DNA from: Candidatus Latescibacterota bacterium
GTDB taxonomy: Bacteria; Latescibacterota; UBA2968; UBA8231
Reading direction: 5' to 3'
DNA: 64,000 nt
Assembly: GCA_965197905.1 (NCBI GenBank)
Contig: CBDAOB010000005.1
Coordinates: forward strand, 1,216,001 to 1,280,000
Below, piece by piece: positions 37,378 through 47,206 of this stretch. Each line of letters opens with the position of its first letter. Within the stretch, counting starts at the first letter, position 1. A program made the position numbers and the translations under genes. Under the pieces are notes generated by a model. The model was given only the letters and a program-made list of their open reading frames with translations, ran no database searches and was not told where the DNA came from.

Positions 37378-38505
37378 ATGACTGAATCCCTGGTGTCACC
37401 CTCCGAGTTTGTAGGACTAGACGGGGTGACACACCTGTGCACTGGGGGCGAAGCGCCGTGGCTGAAGCGTTTCGACACCGTTTACCAACAGTTTTCCACC
37501 TGTAAGAGCGCCGGCGCGAAAGGTCGGCGCCAGATATTCGATCGGGTTTCCGCCTGTCGAAACAAGATGGCCGATCTGTGGAATGTGCCTGCGGATCGGA
37601 TCGGGTTCATGCTCTCGGCGGCTGAAGGGATGAACTGGCTGGCGCGGGGTCTCGAACTGCGATCGGGAGATAACATCGTTACCACACGCATGGAGTTTCC
37701 GTCGGTGGCCTACGCCTGGCGTTCGGCGCGGGAGAGTGGGGTAGAGATACGCATGGTGGCGCATCGGAACTGGGTCGTGGAGGAAGAGGAATTGATCGCG
37801 GCTATCGATTCCAGGACGCGGGTGTTGGCGGTAAGTCAGGTGAGTTTCTATTCCGGTCAGTGTTTGGATATTCTCCGTCTTTCCGAGGCGACGAGAAGAC
37901 AAGGTGCTCTGTTGGCGGTGGACGCCACCCATGCTTCGGGTGTCGTGCGGGTACCCGCCGAACTTACCGACCTTTGTGTGACCAGCTGTTACAAGTGGAT
38001 GCTGGCGACCCACGGGCTGGCACCCTGCTACTTGAGCACCAGGGCCGAGGAGGTGGCCGAGGCGACGAGCTTCGGCTGGCACAACCTGGAGGTCTGGGAA
38101 CGAAACACCTACGACTGCAAGCCAGAGGTGGCCGCCAAGCCGATGCCCGATCTTCTGGAACCGGGCAACCCTGCTCTAATCGTGATCATGTTTCTCGAGC
38201 GAGCCCTCGACCTGATGCGAGATCTGGGCATCGAGCGTATAGAAGGCCATGCCAGGGAGCTGGCGGCGCGTACCAGTGCAGGCCTCAAGGATTTGGGGCG
38301 GGTCGTGATTTCTCCAGAGGAGCAACCCAGGCGGTCTGGGAATACCTGCTTCGTCGATGAACGGGCCGAGCATTTGGTGGCGCAGCTAGCAGCGCAGCGC
38401 ATTCTGGTTTGGGGTGAGATGGGACGAGTGCGCATATCAACCCACGTCCACAACAACGCTGACGACGTGGATCGTTGCCTGCGCGCTCTTCGAGGGCTGG
38501 GATAA
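37378..38505 (+). CDS. Class V PLP aminotransferase (cysteine desulfurase / selenocysteine lyase / kynureninase-like)
   Basis: 'EFPS', 'VS.VSF.SG', 'VDATH', 'SCYKWML', 'GW', 'RIS.H.HN...D'. Confidence 0.88.
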   Translation: MTESLVSPSEFVGLDGVTHLCTGGEAPWLKRFDTVYQQFSTCKSAGAKGRRQIFDRVSACRNKMADLWNVPADRIGFMLSAAEGMNWLARGLELRSGDNIVTTRMEFPSVAYAWRSARESGVEIRMVAHRNWVVEEEELIAAIDSRTRVLAVSQVSFYSGQCLDILRLSEATRRQGALLAVDATHASGVVRVPAELTDLCVTSCYKWMLATHGLAPCYLSTRAEEVAEATSFGWHNLEVWERNTYDCKPEVAAKPMPDLLEPGNPALIVIMFLERALDLMRDLGIERIEGHARELAARTSAGLKDLGRVVISPEEQPRRSGNTCFVDERAEHLVAQLAAQRILVWGEMGRVRISTHVHNNADDVDRCLRALRGLG

Positions 38506-38512
38506 TCTCCTT

Positions 38513-40189
38513 TTGGCTGGCCCGAGCCGCACCAGATGGAGATGGATCTCGTCGCTGCTGCTGGTTGCCGGAGCGTCTGTCTGGATCCTGTTCGCCCTTT
38601 GGGGTGAGGATCTGGTGCGCTCAATCTACGCCGCCGCCGCCCCCGCTGAGTTTCTGAACGGCCTCATAAAGAGACAGTCCGTACATCGGGTCGACTACTA
38701 CCTGAACAGGGGGTGGACGGCGGCGCGGGGCATGGCCTGGTTGATGTGGAGCGCCGCTGCCTTGATAGCGCTCTACCAAACTCTGCTGGCTACCGGGTTG
38801 TTTCGGCGGCGGAATCCGCCGCTTTTGGTGGCGATCGTGTTCGCGACAATCCTGGTGTGCGAGTCGTACGTTCTCGGCGTTCCGATTTTTCAGCTACTGC
38901 CCCACTGGTTCTGGTCTCTGCGCCTCAAGGAGCTCGGGAACTGGTGGCTTCTTTTCCCGCTCGCAGCGGTCCTGTGGGGCACCTTGCACCAGATATTTAG
39001 TGGGCCGGCAAGAAACAAGCGCAATCTGCTGCTCCTCATCCTGACAGGAACCCTGGTGCAGTACGGGATCGTCGCGATGGAAGGCAATGCCCTTGACGGC
39101 TTGCGGCATCGGTTGCTGGATACCGGGCATGGTGGATTCCCGCGGCTCGCGTCCGATCAGATAAGCCTCCTTCGAGTCGTCGCCGGTTACGACGACATGC
39201 TGGCCGCGGGCCAACTGGCGGATTATCCGTTTGGCACCAAACCACCCGGTGTGCTTGTTTTCTTCGTCCTTTGCGCACGACTGGCGGATATGCTCCAGTT
39301 TTCCGGAACGAACCTGGAGCAGCTATCGACGCTTGCCACGTTGCTGTTTCCCGTCTTTACCTACCTGGCGCTGGTACCACTGTTTATGGTTTGCCGGCAG
39401 TACGTTGGCACGAAAGAATCCTGGGTGCCCTGCTGCCTATACATTGCGCTTCCCAATCTCGTGCTGATGAATATGCATCTGGATCAGTTTCTGTTGCCCC
39501 AGCTGGGACTCTGGTTCGCTCTGACAATGGTCCTCGCGCACCGACGGGGGAGTGCGCTGGGCGGCGTGTTCAGCGGGGTCCTGCTTTATGTCTGTCTGTT
39601 TGTCTCGTTTTCGTTAATTGCGCTGGTCGCCCTGATTCCCGTCATCCTGATCGTGCGTGGCCCCGGTCGTTCAAACGCTACCAGGATGTTGGGCTACCTG
39701 ATCTTTGGGTTTGTGGCTTCGTATGGCCTGCTTTATGCCATCGCCGACTACAGCGCAGTAGATCGTTTTTTCGCGGCCATCGGCCGGCATTCACAATGGA
39801 AGGTAGAGACCTGGGGTATTCTCACCGTTGTCTATTTCGCCATCCTGAACACGGTGGAGTTCGCACTTTGGTGCGGCGTGCCGGTTGCTATTCTATGCGG
39901 GGCCGAGCTGTATCGTTCGGCTCGGATCATGTGGACCACCAGACAAGTGGCGGAGGAGGGCACCTTAGGTGTTGCTCTTCTAGCCACTGGAGGGTTCCTG
40001 CTTATGTTCGGGAGAACTGTAGGCGAGACCGGCCGACTGTGGATCTTCCTGGCGCCGCTGGTGGCGTTTTGCGCTGCGGCCACGTTGAACAGATTGATGC
40101 CTGATCGCCTTTTGGCGGGGACTGCGGCAACGGTCACATTGCAGATGGCCGTCGTTCTCACCCTCAAGCGACACCAGGATTTCTTTTGA
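38513..40189 (+). CDS. Multi-pass membrane protein, probable GT-C-type glycosyltransferase
   Basis: More than 12 hydrophobic segments; 'TKPPG', periplasmic loop and 'GET.RLW.F'. Start moved to TTG 38513 to avoid the overlap. Confidence 0.6.
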   Translation: MAGPSRTRWRWISSLLLVAGASVWILFALWGEDLVRSIYAAAAPAEFLNGLIKRQSVHRVDYYLNRGWTAARGMAWLMWSAAALIALYQTLLATGLFRRRNPPLLVAIVFATILVCESYVLGVPIFQLLPHWFWSLRLKELGNWWLLFPLAAVLWGTLHQIFSGPARNKRNLLLLILTGTLVQYGIVAMEGNALDGLRHRLLDTGHGGFPRLASDQISLLRVVAGYDDMLAAGQLADYPFGTKPPGVLVFFVLCARLADMLQFSGTNLEQLSTLATLLFPVFTYLALVPLFMVCRQYVGTKESWVPCCLYIALPNLVLMNMHLDQFLLPQLGLWFALTMVLAHRRGSALGGVFSGVLLYVCLFVSFSLIALVALIPVILIVRGPGRSNATRMLGYLIFGFVASYGLLYAIADYSAVDRFFAAIGRHSQWKVETWGILTVVYFAILNTVEFALWCGVPVAILCGAELYRSARIMWTTRQVAEEGTLGVALLATGGFLLMFGRTVGETGRLWIFLAPLVAFCAAATLNRLMPDRLLAGTAATVTLQMAVVLTLKRHQDFF

Positions 40190-41793
40190 CGGGAGTGATG
40201 GAGGACAACATTTCGTTCAAGACCGTAGCCTTGACTACCGGACTGGCCACTGTGGGCGTCGCGTCCCTGTTTCGCTACGCCGAACTGCAGCACGGTGCTG
40301 GCATGCCTCTGGATGACTCATGGATCCACTTGCAATTCGCGCGCAATCTCGTCGAGGGGAACGGCTTCGCCTTCAATCCGGGCGAGACGACGGCGGGTTC
40401 GACGGCTCCGCTGTGGACCCTCTCGCTTGCCGCACTGATGCTGTTGCCCTGGGACATCCTTGGTTCGGTCAAGGTGTTCGGCATTCTACTTCATTGGGCG
40501 AGTTCCGTGTTGGCCGTTCGCCTGGCTCGCAGCCATGGGTTGGAAGCTCCATGGGCCCTCCTGGTCGGTCTCGTAGTGGCGACAACCCCCAGGCTCGTCT
40601 GGGGAGCGCTTTCGGGGATGGAGATCCCGCTGTACCTGCTGCTGTCGACCGCGGGACTTTGCTTTCACGTTGAGTGCATCGGTCGTTCGCCGTCGATCTT
40701 GGGCACTATGCTGGTGGCATTAGCAGTGCTGGCGCGCCCGGAGTGTCTCATTCTTTTCCCGCTCTGTCTCATCGACAGGTGGCGTTTCGATCGTTCCCAG
40801 GATCATCGGCGAATGAACCTCAGGCACGGTCTGCTCTACGCCGCCATCATGGCGCCATCGATTGTCTTCAATCTGCTCGTCTCCGGCAATCCGCTTCCCA
40901 ACACCTACTACGCCAAGGTGGGTGGTTACGGATTACTGCAGGCGATCGCCGCAGCTGATATGACGCAGGTGGGAAAAGCGCTGGTTGTCTATCCGTTGAT
41001 TCAGGCTCGCGAGCTGGGTCGGTTCGCGGTGGAGAACAGTCTTTTCGTGAGCATGGCCTGCCTCCTGGGTTTCCTGGAGCTGCTGCGTCGCGATCGAACT
41101 GAGAACGGGAAGTTGTCATGGATCATCCCGCTCGTCCTCGTGGCGTTTCCGCTGGTCCGCGGGGCAGTCGCCCCGTTCAAGGGAGCGTTATTTCAGCACG
41201 GTAGGTACGCGGCTTTTCTCGTGCCGCTAATCACGGTTGCCGGAGTACTGGGTTTACGGAGCCTGTTCGAGGTTCTCGCTCACGGCCGCTCCGGCAAGCA
41301 ACTCCAGCTCCTGCGGCAATGGGCCATTCCCGCCGTCGTAGGTCTACTAGTGCTCGAGCTGGCCGTCGCCAACATCAAATACGCCCGCACCTACGCACGC
41401 AACGTGGCCAACATCAACGCCACTCACGTGAAAATGGGGCAGTGGCTGGCCAGCAATACGCCAGCGGACGCCGTCGTTGCCACCCATGACATCGGCGCCG
41501 TTGGATTCTTCTCGAATCGGTATCTGTACGATACTACCGGCTTGATAACGCCGACTGTTCTGGACTACCTGCCGAAAGGACGACCAGCGGACAAGGGCGT
41601 CGCCCGCTTTCTGCGCGATAAGAAACCCGACTACCTCGTGCTGATCCCCAGCTGGTACCCGACCTTGACCCGAAGAATCGGAGGGATTCAAGCGGTATTT
41701 TCGATCAATGTCTCCGACAACACGGTGGTCGCCGGGGACCGGTTCGTCGCCTATCGACTACCCTGGTCCTCGCTGCCCCCGGATGGTCCGTAG
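40186..41793 (+). CDS. GT-C-type membrane glycosyltransferase (arabinosyl/mannosyltransferase-like)
   Basis: 'LDDSWIH..FARNL..G.G..FN.GE...GST.PLW', 'SGME', 'RPE', 'LPNTYYAK', 'RY', 'DIGA.G', 'D..GL'. Confidence 0.75.
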   Translation: MTGVMEDNISFKTVALTTGLATVGVASLFRYAELQHGAGMPLDDSWIHLQFARNLVEGNGFAFNPGETTAGSTAPLWTLSLAALMLLPWDILGSVKVFGILLHWASSVLAVRLARSHGLEAPWALLVGLVVATTPRLVWGALSGMEIPLYLLLSTAGLCFHVECIGRSPSILGTMLVALAVLARPECLILFPLCLIDRWRFDRSQDHRRMNLRHGLLYAAIMAPSIVFNLLVSGNPLPNTYYAKVGGYGLLQAIAAADMTQVGKALVVYPLIQARELGRFAVENSLFVSMACLLGFLELLRRDRTENGKLSWIIPLVLVAFPLVRGAVAPFKGALFQHGRYAAFLVPLITVAGVLGLRSLFEVLAHGRSGKQLQLLRQWAIPAVVGLLVLELAVANIKYARTYARNVANINATHVKMGQWLASNTPADAVVATHDIGAVGFFSNRYLYDTTGLITPTVLDYLPKGRPADKGVARFLRDKKPDYLVLIPSWYPTLTRRIGGIQAVFSINVSDNTVVAGDRFVAYRLPWSSLPPDGP

Positions 41794-41879
41794 CATCCCC
41801 GCCCATTGTCAGAAAATCGGCCAACTCGTACCTTGTCAGTCTTGTCTGCGTACCACAATCCAATAGCTCGAGAGCCACA

Positions 41880-42848
41880 ATGAAGGCGATTCGGTTTCAC
41901 GACAGCGGTGGCCCCGAGGTCCTGCGTTACGAGGAGATCACGGATCCGCAGCCGGCAGCCGCACAGGCATTGATCACCGTCGAAGCTTGCGGATTGAACT
42001 ACATCGATACCTATCACCGGAGCGGCCTCTATCCGGTCGACCTGCCGTGTATTCCTGGAATGGAGGCGGCCGGCGTTGTAGCAGCGCTAGGCGAAGGAGT
42101 CAGCGATTTCGCCGTGGGAGATCGAGTCGCCTACGCTGGAGTTTTGGGCGCCTACGCCGAGAAGGTTGCTGTCGACGCGGGGAAGCTGGTGAAACTCCCA
42201 GACGGCGTCGATTGCGAAACAGGCGCGGCCTTGATGCTGCAGGGCATGACGGCACACTACCTCACTCACAGCACCTACCCTCTTGGAAAAGGAGACACGG
42301 TTCTGGTGCACGCGGCCGCCGGAGGGGTGGGTCTGCTTTTGACTCAACTCGCGAAGATGCTTGGGGCCCGGGTGTTCGGCACCGTATCGACGGCAGCCAA
42401 AGAAGAGCTTGCCCGTGCCGCCGGTGCCGATGAGGTAATAAGGTACACCGAGAACGATTTTGAGAAGGAAGTCTTGGCAAACACCGAAGGGCGCGGGGTC
42501 AACGTGGTTTACGATGGTGTGGCCCGAGATACCTTCGAGCAGAGTCTCAACGTGCTAAAGCCCCGGGGGTATATGGTTCTGTTCGGCCAATCCAGTGGTC
42601 CGGTGGAACCGTTCGATCCGGCTATTCTAAACATCAAGGGATCCCTCTTCCTTACGCGACCCACGATGGTGAATTATGTCCAGACACGGGAGGAGTTGTT
42701 GGAGCGGGCGAATGATCTCCTGCAGTGGGTGGTGGACGAGCGACTCGACGTACGCGTAGGCGAGCGATTTCCACTGGCCGATGCTGCGGAGGCACACAAG
42801 GCGCTGCAAGGGCGGCGAACAACGGGAAAGGTATTGTTGTTACCGTGA
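41880..42848 (+). CDS. qor: NADPH:quinone oxidoreductase (zeta-crystallin family)
   Basis: 'GGPEVL', 'G.NYID.Y.RSG.Y', 'QG.TAHYL', 'HAAAGGVG', 'FGQSSG', 'KGSLFLTRP', 'TTGK'. Confidence 0.92.
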   Translation: MKAIRFHDSGGPEVLRYEEITDPQPAAAQALITVEACGLNYIDTYHRSGLYPVDLPCIPGMEAAGVVAALGEGVSDFAVGDRVAYAGVLGAYAEKVAVDAGKLVKLPDGVDCETGAALMLQGMTAHYLTHSTYPLGKGDTVLVHAAAGGVGLLLTQLAKMLGARVFGTVSTAAKEELARAAGADEVIRYTENDFEKEVLANTEGRGVNVVYDGVARDTFEQSLNVLKPRGYMVLFGQSSGPVEPFDPAILNIKGSLFLTRPTMVNYVQTREELLERANDLLQWVVDERLDVRVGERFPLADAAEAHKALQGRRTTGKVLLLP

Positions 42849-42906
42849 GCGTAAAGCGGACCCGGTAGCTATCCGATGTACCCGGAAGACGCAAAGGAGC
42901 AGTAAT

Positions 42907-44264
42907 ATGGTAGAAGGACTCGACGGCCAGGAGAGCGGTGATCTCGAAACCGACGCGCAGCAGCGTGCTACTCAAGAGCCGGTGGCCGAGCCGGCCGCAG
43001 CGGCTGAAGCGATTAAGGCGCCCGAAGTGATTGGGGAGCCCGAAGCTGACGCGCCTGAACCGGAAAGTGAGTTCTCCAAGCTACTTCGGGAACAGGAATC
43101 CGGAGAGGGCGACCGCGTCCTCAAGGGGGGGGAGAAGGTGAGCGGGGTCCTGGTCAAGATCGGTGAGGAAGACAGCTTCATCGATTTCGGCGGGCGCAGC
43201 GAAGGAGTTATCAAGACCGTCGAGCTGAAGGATGAGGACGGATCGGTGCAGTTCTCCGAGGGTGATCCCCTCGAGGTCTTTGTCGTATCCGAAGGGGAAG
43301 AAACCGTATTGACCCGATCCCTGCGCCACGAGGATGTCAGCTCCGATCACCTGCAGCAGGCCTACACGAACGGAATCCCCATCGAAGGCAAGGTCGAAGC
43401 CGTAAACAAATGGGGTCTTGGAGTCTCCCTGGCCGGCGACATCAGAGCCTTCTGTCCCATATCACAGATAGACACGCAATTCGTCAAGGATACCGAGCCG
43501 TATCGCGATCAAAGTTTCAGTTTCAAGATCATAGAGTATCGCAATGGGGGCCGGAACATCGTCGTTTCTCGGCGTGCGTTGTTGGAGGCAGACGAGAAGA
43601 GGATATCCGATGAGGTTCGCGCCGGACTCAAGAAAGGTGCTGAGATCGAAGGTACCGTTACCCGCTTGCAGCCGTTTGGCGCATTTGTGGCATTGGGTGG
43701 GGGCGTCGAAGGGCTCATACACGTGTCCGAGATGAGTTTCCAGAGGGTGAAACATCCGTCTGAGGTTTTGCAGGAAGGGCAGCAGGTCAAAGTGGCGGTT
43801 ATCGAGCTGAAGAATCTCAGAAGCAAGAAGAAAGAGCGAATCTCCCTGTCCTGAAGGCGCTGGAAGAAGATCCCTGGGATGAGGTGGTCAAGCAGTTCAA
43901 ACCGGGTTCAGTGGTAGAAGGCAAGGTCGACGCATTGGAAGAGTTCGGCATCTTCGTCGAACTCGCCCCCAGTGTACGCGGTATGGCCCACATTTCGGAA
44001 CTTTCAGACAAGAGAGTCAATCATCCGAAAGACGTTGTGTCGGTGGGCGACACGGTGCGCGTGGCCATTGTCGAGATGGACAACAAACGGCGTAGACTTC
44101 GCCTCTCCCTCAAGCAGGCGGAGCGCTTCGAGTCGGCGACCAACCTCAAGGAGTTTCAGCAGCGCCAGGAGAAGGGCCAGGAAACACAGGGAAGCAATGC
44201 GATGCTCGATGCTTTACAACGTGCCAATTTGATCGACAAGCAGGGCTCCCAGTCAGAAAAATGA
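42907..44264 (+). CDS. S1 RNA-binding-domain protein (ribosomal protein S1-like, about 4 S1 repeats); frameshifted near 43850
   Basis: S1 repeats 'FID.G..SEG', 'RAFCP.SQ', 'FGAFV...G.EGL.H.SE' and 'FG.FV.......G..H.SE'. At 'atc tcc ctg tcc tga ag', adding one C gives ISLSLKALEEDPW and joins track ORFs 42781..43854 and 43884..44264. AAGGAG RBS before 42907. Confidence 0.85.
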
Positions 44265-45514
44265 GTGGGTCCTTGAAAAAGCTCTTCGCAGGCGAACCCA
44301 TCGGTTTTATCGGAGGTTTCGGGGGGGCTTTCGTACCCGAAATTCTAAGGACCACACTCGACGAATTGGAGGCGGCGTTTCGCGATGCGAGCGCCGACCC
44401 ATCCTTCTGGCAGGAATTCGTCGAAACGATGCAGACCTACTCTTGCCGCCCGACCCCCGTGACCTATCTGGAGAATCTCAGCCGCGAGCTCGGCGGTGCC
44501 CAGATCTATTTGAAACGCGAAGACCTGAACCACACCGGAGCGCATAAGCTCAATAACGTAATGGGACAGGGTTTGTTGGTGAAACGGATGGGTAAGAAGC
44601 GGGTCATCGCGGAGACCGGGGCCGGGCAACACGGGGTGGCGACAGCCACCATGGCTGCTCGAATGGGTTTCGAGTGCACGGTTTACATGGGTTCCGTCGA
44701 CGTCGAGCGACAGAGGCCGAACGTCTTTTGGATGCAACAGCTGGGTGCCGAGGTGGTCCCGGTGGAGGACGGTGCCGCAACCTTGAAGGACGCAATCAAC
44801 GAGGCCATGCGGGATTGGGCCTACTCGATGGGCGACACCCATTACGTCCTGGGAACCGTCTGCGGCGCCCACCCATTCCCGCAGATGGTGGCATATTTTC
44901 AAAGTATAATTGGCAAAGAGAGCCGCGAGCAGATGTTGGGTCGAACAGGGCGTCTGCCGGACAGGGTCTATGCCTGCGTTGGTGGGGGGTCCAACGCCAC
45001 CGGCATATTTCAGGGTTTCCTAGAGGATACGGAGGTGGAACTCGTTGGGGTGGAGGCCGCGGGATTCGGGTTGGATAGCGGCCGACACGCCGCGCGGCTC
45101 GCTGGGAACGACGGATCCGTGGGGGTGGCTCAGGGGTACAAGACCTACTTTCTTCAGGACGAGGATGGACAGATGAAACACACCCATTCCGTCGCCGCTG
45201 GCCTGGATTACATCGGAGTGAGCCCGATACTTTCCCACCTGTACGAGGTCGGCCGCGTTCGCTTCGAAGCGACCGACGACAAGGAAGTGGTCGAGGGGCT
45301 GCGCCGGCTGATGCGCGCCGAGGGCATTATCGCAGCGCTGGAGAGTGCACATGCCGTCGCCTTAGCGTTGCACGAGATCCCCGCTATGAATCGGGACGAT
45401 GTTGCGTTGGTGAATCTCTCCGGCCGCGGCGACAAAGACATATTCACCATTGCCGACGCAATGAACGACGAGGGATGGAATCAGTTTCTGAAAAATCGGG
45501 CAGCCAAGCTCTGA
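44261..45514 (+). CDS. trpB: Tryptophan synthase beta chain
   Basis: 'KREDLNHTGAHK.NN', 'IAETGAGQHGVA', 'CVGGGSN', 'HS.AAGLDY', 'EGII.ALESAHA', 'NLSGRGDKD'. Confidence 0.96.
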   Translation: MSGSLKKLFAGEPIGFIGGFGGAFVPEILRTTLDELEAAFRDASADPSFWQEFVETMQTYSCRPTPVTYLENLSRELGGAQIYLKREDLNHTGAHKLNNVMGQGLLVKRMGKKRVIAETGAGQHGVATATMAARMGFECTVYMGSVDVERQRPNVFWMQQLGAEVVPVEDGAATLKDAINEAMRDWAYSMGDTHYVLGTVCGAHPFPQMVAYFQSIIGKESREQMLGRTGRLPDRVYACVGGGSNATGIFQGFLEDTEVELVGVEAAGFGLDSGRHAARLAGNDGSVGVAQGYKTYFLQDEDGQMKHTHSVAAGLDYIGVSPILSHLYEVGRVRFEATDDKEVVEGLRRLMRAEGIIAALESAHAVALALHEIPAMNRDDVALVNLSGRGDKDIFTIADAMNDEGWNQFLKNRAAKL

Positions 45515-46287
45515 ATCTGGAAGGGGAGATCCGCCAAAGACTGGGAGAGCGAAAGATATTGCTCATGACCCACCTGATTGTGGGTTATCCATCCCTGGAG
45601 GCGAACTGGGAGATGCTGGAGGTGATGGCGGAGGTTGGGGTTGATATGGTGGAACTGCAGCTCCCGTTCAGCGAACCGATCGCCGATGGTCCGACCTTTG
45701 CCCGCGCCAACCAGATAGCGCTCGAACGGGGCATGCGAACGAACGCTTATTTCGATTTTTTTCGCCGGGCAGCCGGGCGTTTCGATTTCCCCCATCTCAT
45801 GATGGGTTACTACAACGTGGCCTTTCGCATGGGACACGAAAACTTTTGCCAACGGCTCAGCGACAGCGGTGGTTGGGGATATATACTTCCGGATCTGCCG
45901 TTCGAGCAGTACGGAGATCTGTTCGATTGCAGCCGGGCACATGCGATTGCGCCCATTCTGTTGATGACGCCGACAAATACCCCCGAAAGACTCGCCCAGA
46001 TAGGCAGCCGCTCGGCTGGATTCGTCTACGTGGTGGCTCGCAAAGGAGTGACGGGCCGCAGGACCGAGTTGGATGCCCAGCTGGACGACTTCCTCGAACA
46101 GTGCAGAGCAAACACCTCCTTGCCGCTCGCTCTCGGTTTTGGTTTGCAGAGCGGCGACGATCTTCGAGGCCTGCAGGACAGGGTTGAAATGGGCATCGTT
46201 GGCTCCGTTTTGCTAGATCGTTGGGATGCCGAGGGTCTCGAAGGGTACCGCAAGCTTCTCACCGAGTTGGGGGCCGCCCGAAATTAG
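45475..46287 (+). CDS. trpA: Tryptophan synthase alpha chain
   Basis: 'GYP', 'EL..PFSEP.ADGP', 'MGYYN', 'PDLP', 'GFVY....GVTG', 'GFG', 'IVGS'. Start ambiguous (ATG 45475 or CTG 45511). Confidence 0.93.
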   Translation: MESVSEKSGSQALNLEGEIRQRLGERKILLMTHLIVGYPSLEANWEMLEVMAEVGVDMVELQLPFSEPIADGPTFARANQIALERGMRTNAYFDFFRRAAGRFDFPHLMMGYYNVAFRMGHENFCQRLSDSGGWGYILPDLPFEQYGDLFDCSRAHAIAPILLMTPTNTPERLAQIGSRSAGFVYVVARKGVTGRRTELDAQLDDFLEQCRANTSLPLALGFGLQSGDDLRGLQDRVEMGIVGSVLLDRWDAEGLEGYRKLLTELGAARN

Positions 46288-46315
46288 CGGGGTACCGCGG
46301 CGTGCGGGTTGTTCC

Positions 46316-47206
46316 TCAACCGGGTCCTGTACTCTGGCGTAGCAGCTGTTCCAGATAGTGCCGGTAGTCGCAATCGGGAATCTTTTCCGTTAACGACTGG
46401 AGGGCCGCTTCGTCGATGAACTCCTGTTTGTACGCGATTTCTTCCAGACAAGCTATCTTCAGTCCCTGACGTTTCTCTATTGCTTCGATGAACGAATTGG
46501 CCTCCTGCAGGCTTGACGGAGTGCCGGTGTCCAGCCATGCCGTCCCGCGGCCTAGGCGTTCGACTCTTAGGCGACTCGATTCCAGATAAGCGCGGTTGAC
46601 GTCGGTGATTTCCAGCTCGCCGCGAGCCGACGGATTCAAGGCGCGGCAAACTCGGCACACCTCCTGGTCGTACACGTAGAGTCCCGGCACCGCATAGTTC
46701 GACTTGGGCGTTGCCGGTTTTTCTTCGATGCCCACCACGTTTGATTGTTGATCAAACTCGATGACGCCGAAATCCTGCGGGTTGCTGACGTAATAACCGA
46801 AAATGAGAGCGCCGTCCGAGAAACTTTTCAGGGCTTCGGAAAACCCTCCCTCGCGGTAGAAATAGTCGCCGTAGAAGACATTGTCTCCCAGAATCAGCGT
46901 GATGGCGTCGCCGGCGATAAACTCTTCGGCAAGAAGAAAGGCCTGGGCGATACCTTCGGGACGCGGCTGAACCTCGTAACAAACCCGCAAGCCCAAATCG
47001 CTGCCATCGCCGATGAACTCCCGCAACACGGGTACATCCTTGGGTGTCGAGATGATACAGATATCCCTTATCCCGCCCAACATCAACGTCGAAAACGGAT
47101 AGCAGATCATCGGCTTGTCGTACACCGGAACCAGTTGCTTACACACAATTCGGGTCAGCGGGTATAGTCGGGAGCCAGTGCCGCCCGCCAATACGATGCC
47201 TTTCAT
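46316..47206 (-). CDS. rfbA: Glucose-1-phosphate thymidylyltransferase
   Basis: 'MKGIVLAGG.G.RLYPLT', 'KQL.PVYDKPM', 'Q..P.G.AQAF', 'LGDN', 'EEKP', 'RGELEITD', 'WLDTGT'. Confidence 0.96.
   Translation of the reverse strand: MKGIVLAGGTGSRLYPLTRIVCKQLVPVYDKPMICYPFSTLMLGGIRDICIISTPKDVPVLREFIGDGSDLGLRVCYEVQPRPEGIAQAFLLAEEFIAGDAITLILGDNVFYGDYFYREGGFSEALKSFSDGALIFGYYVSNPQDFGVIEFDQQSNVVGIEEKPATPKSNYAVPGLYVYDQEVCRVCRALNPSARGELEITDVNRAYLESSRLRVERLGRGTAWLDTGTPSSLQEANSFIEAIEKRQGLKIACLEEIAYKQEFIDEAALQSLTEKIPDCDYRHYLEQLLRQSTGPG

Noticed and set aside
38414..38512. Upstream start for the 591-aa membrane ORF
   Set aside because: It overlaps the class V aminotransferase by about 90 nt with non-protein-like sequence.
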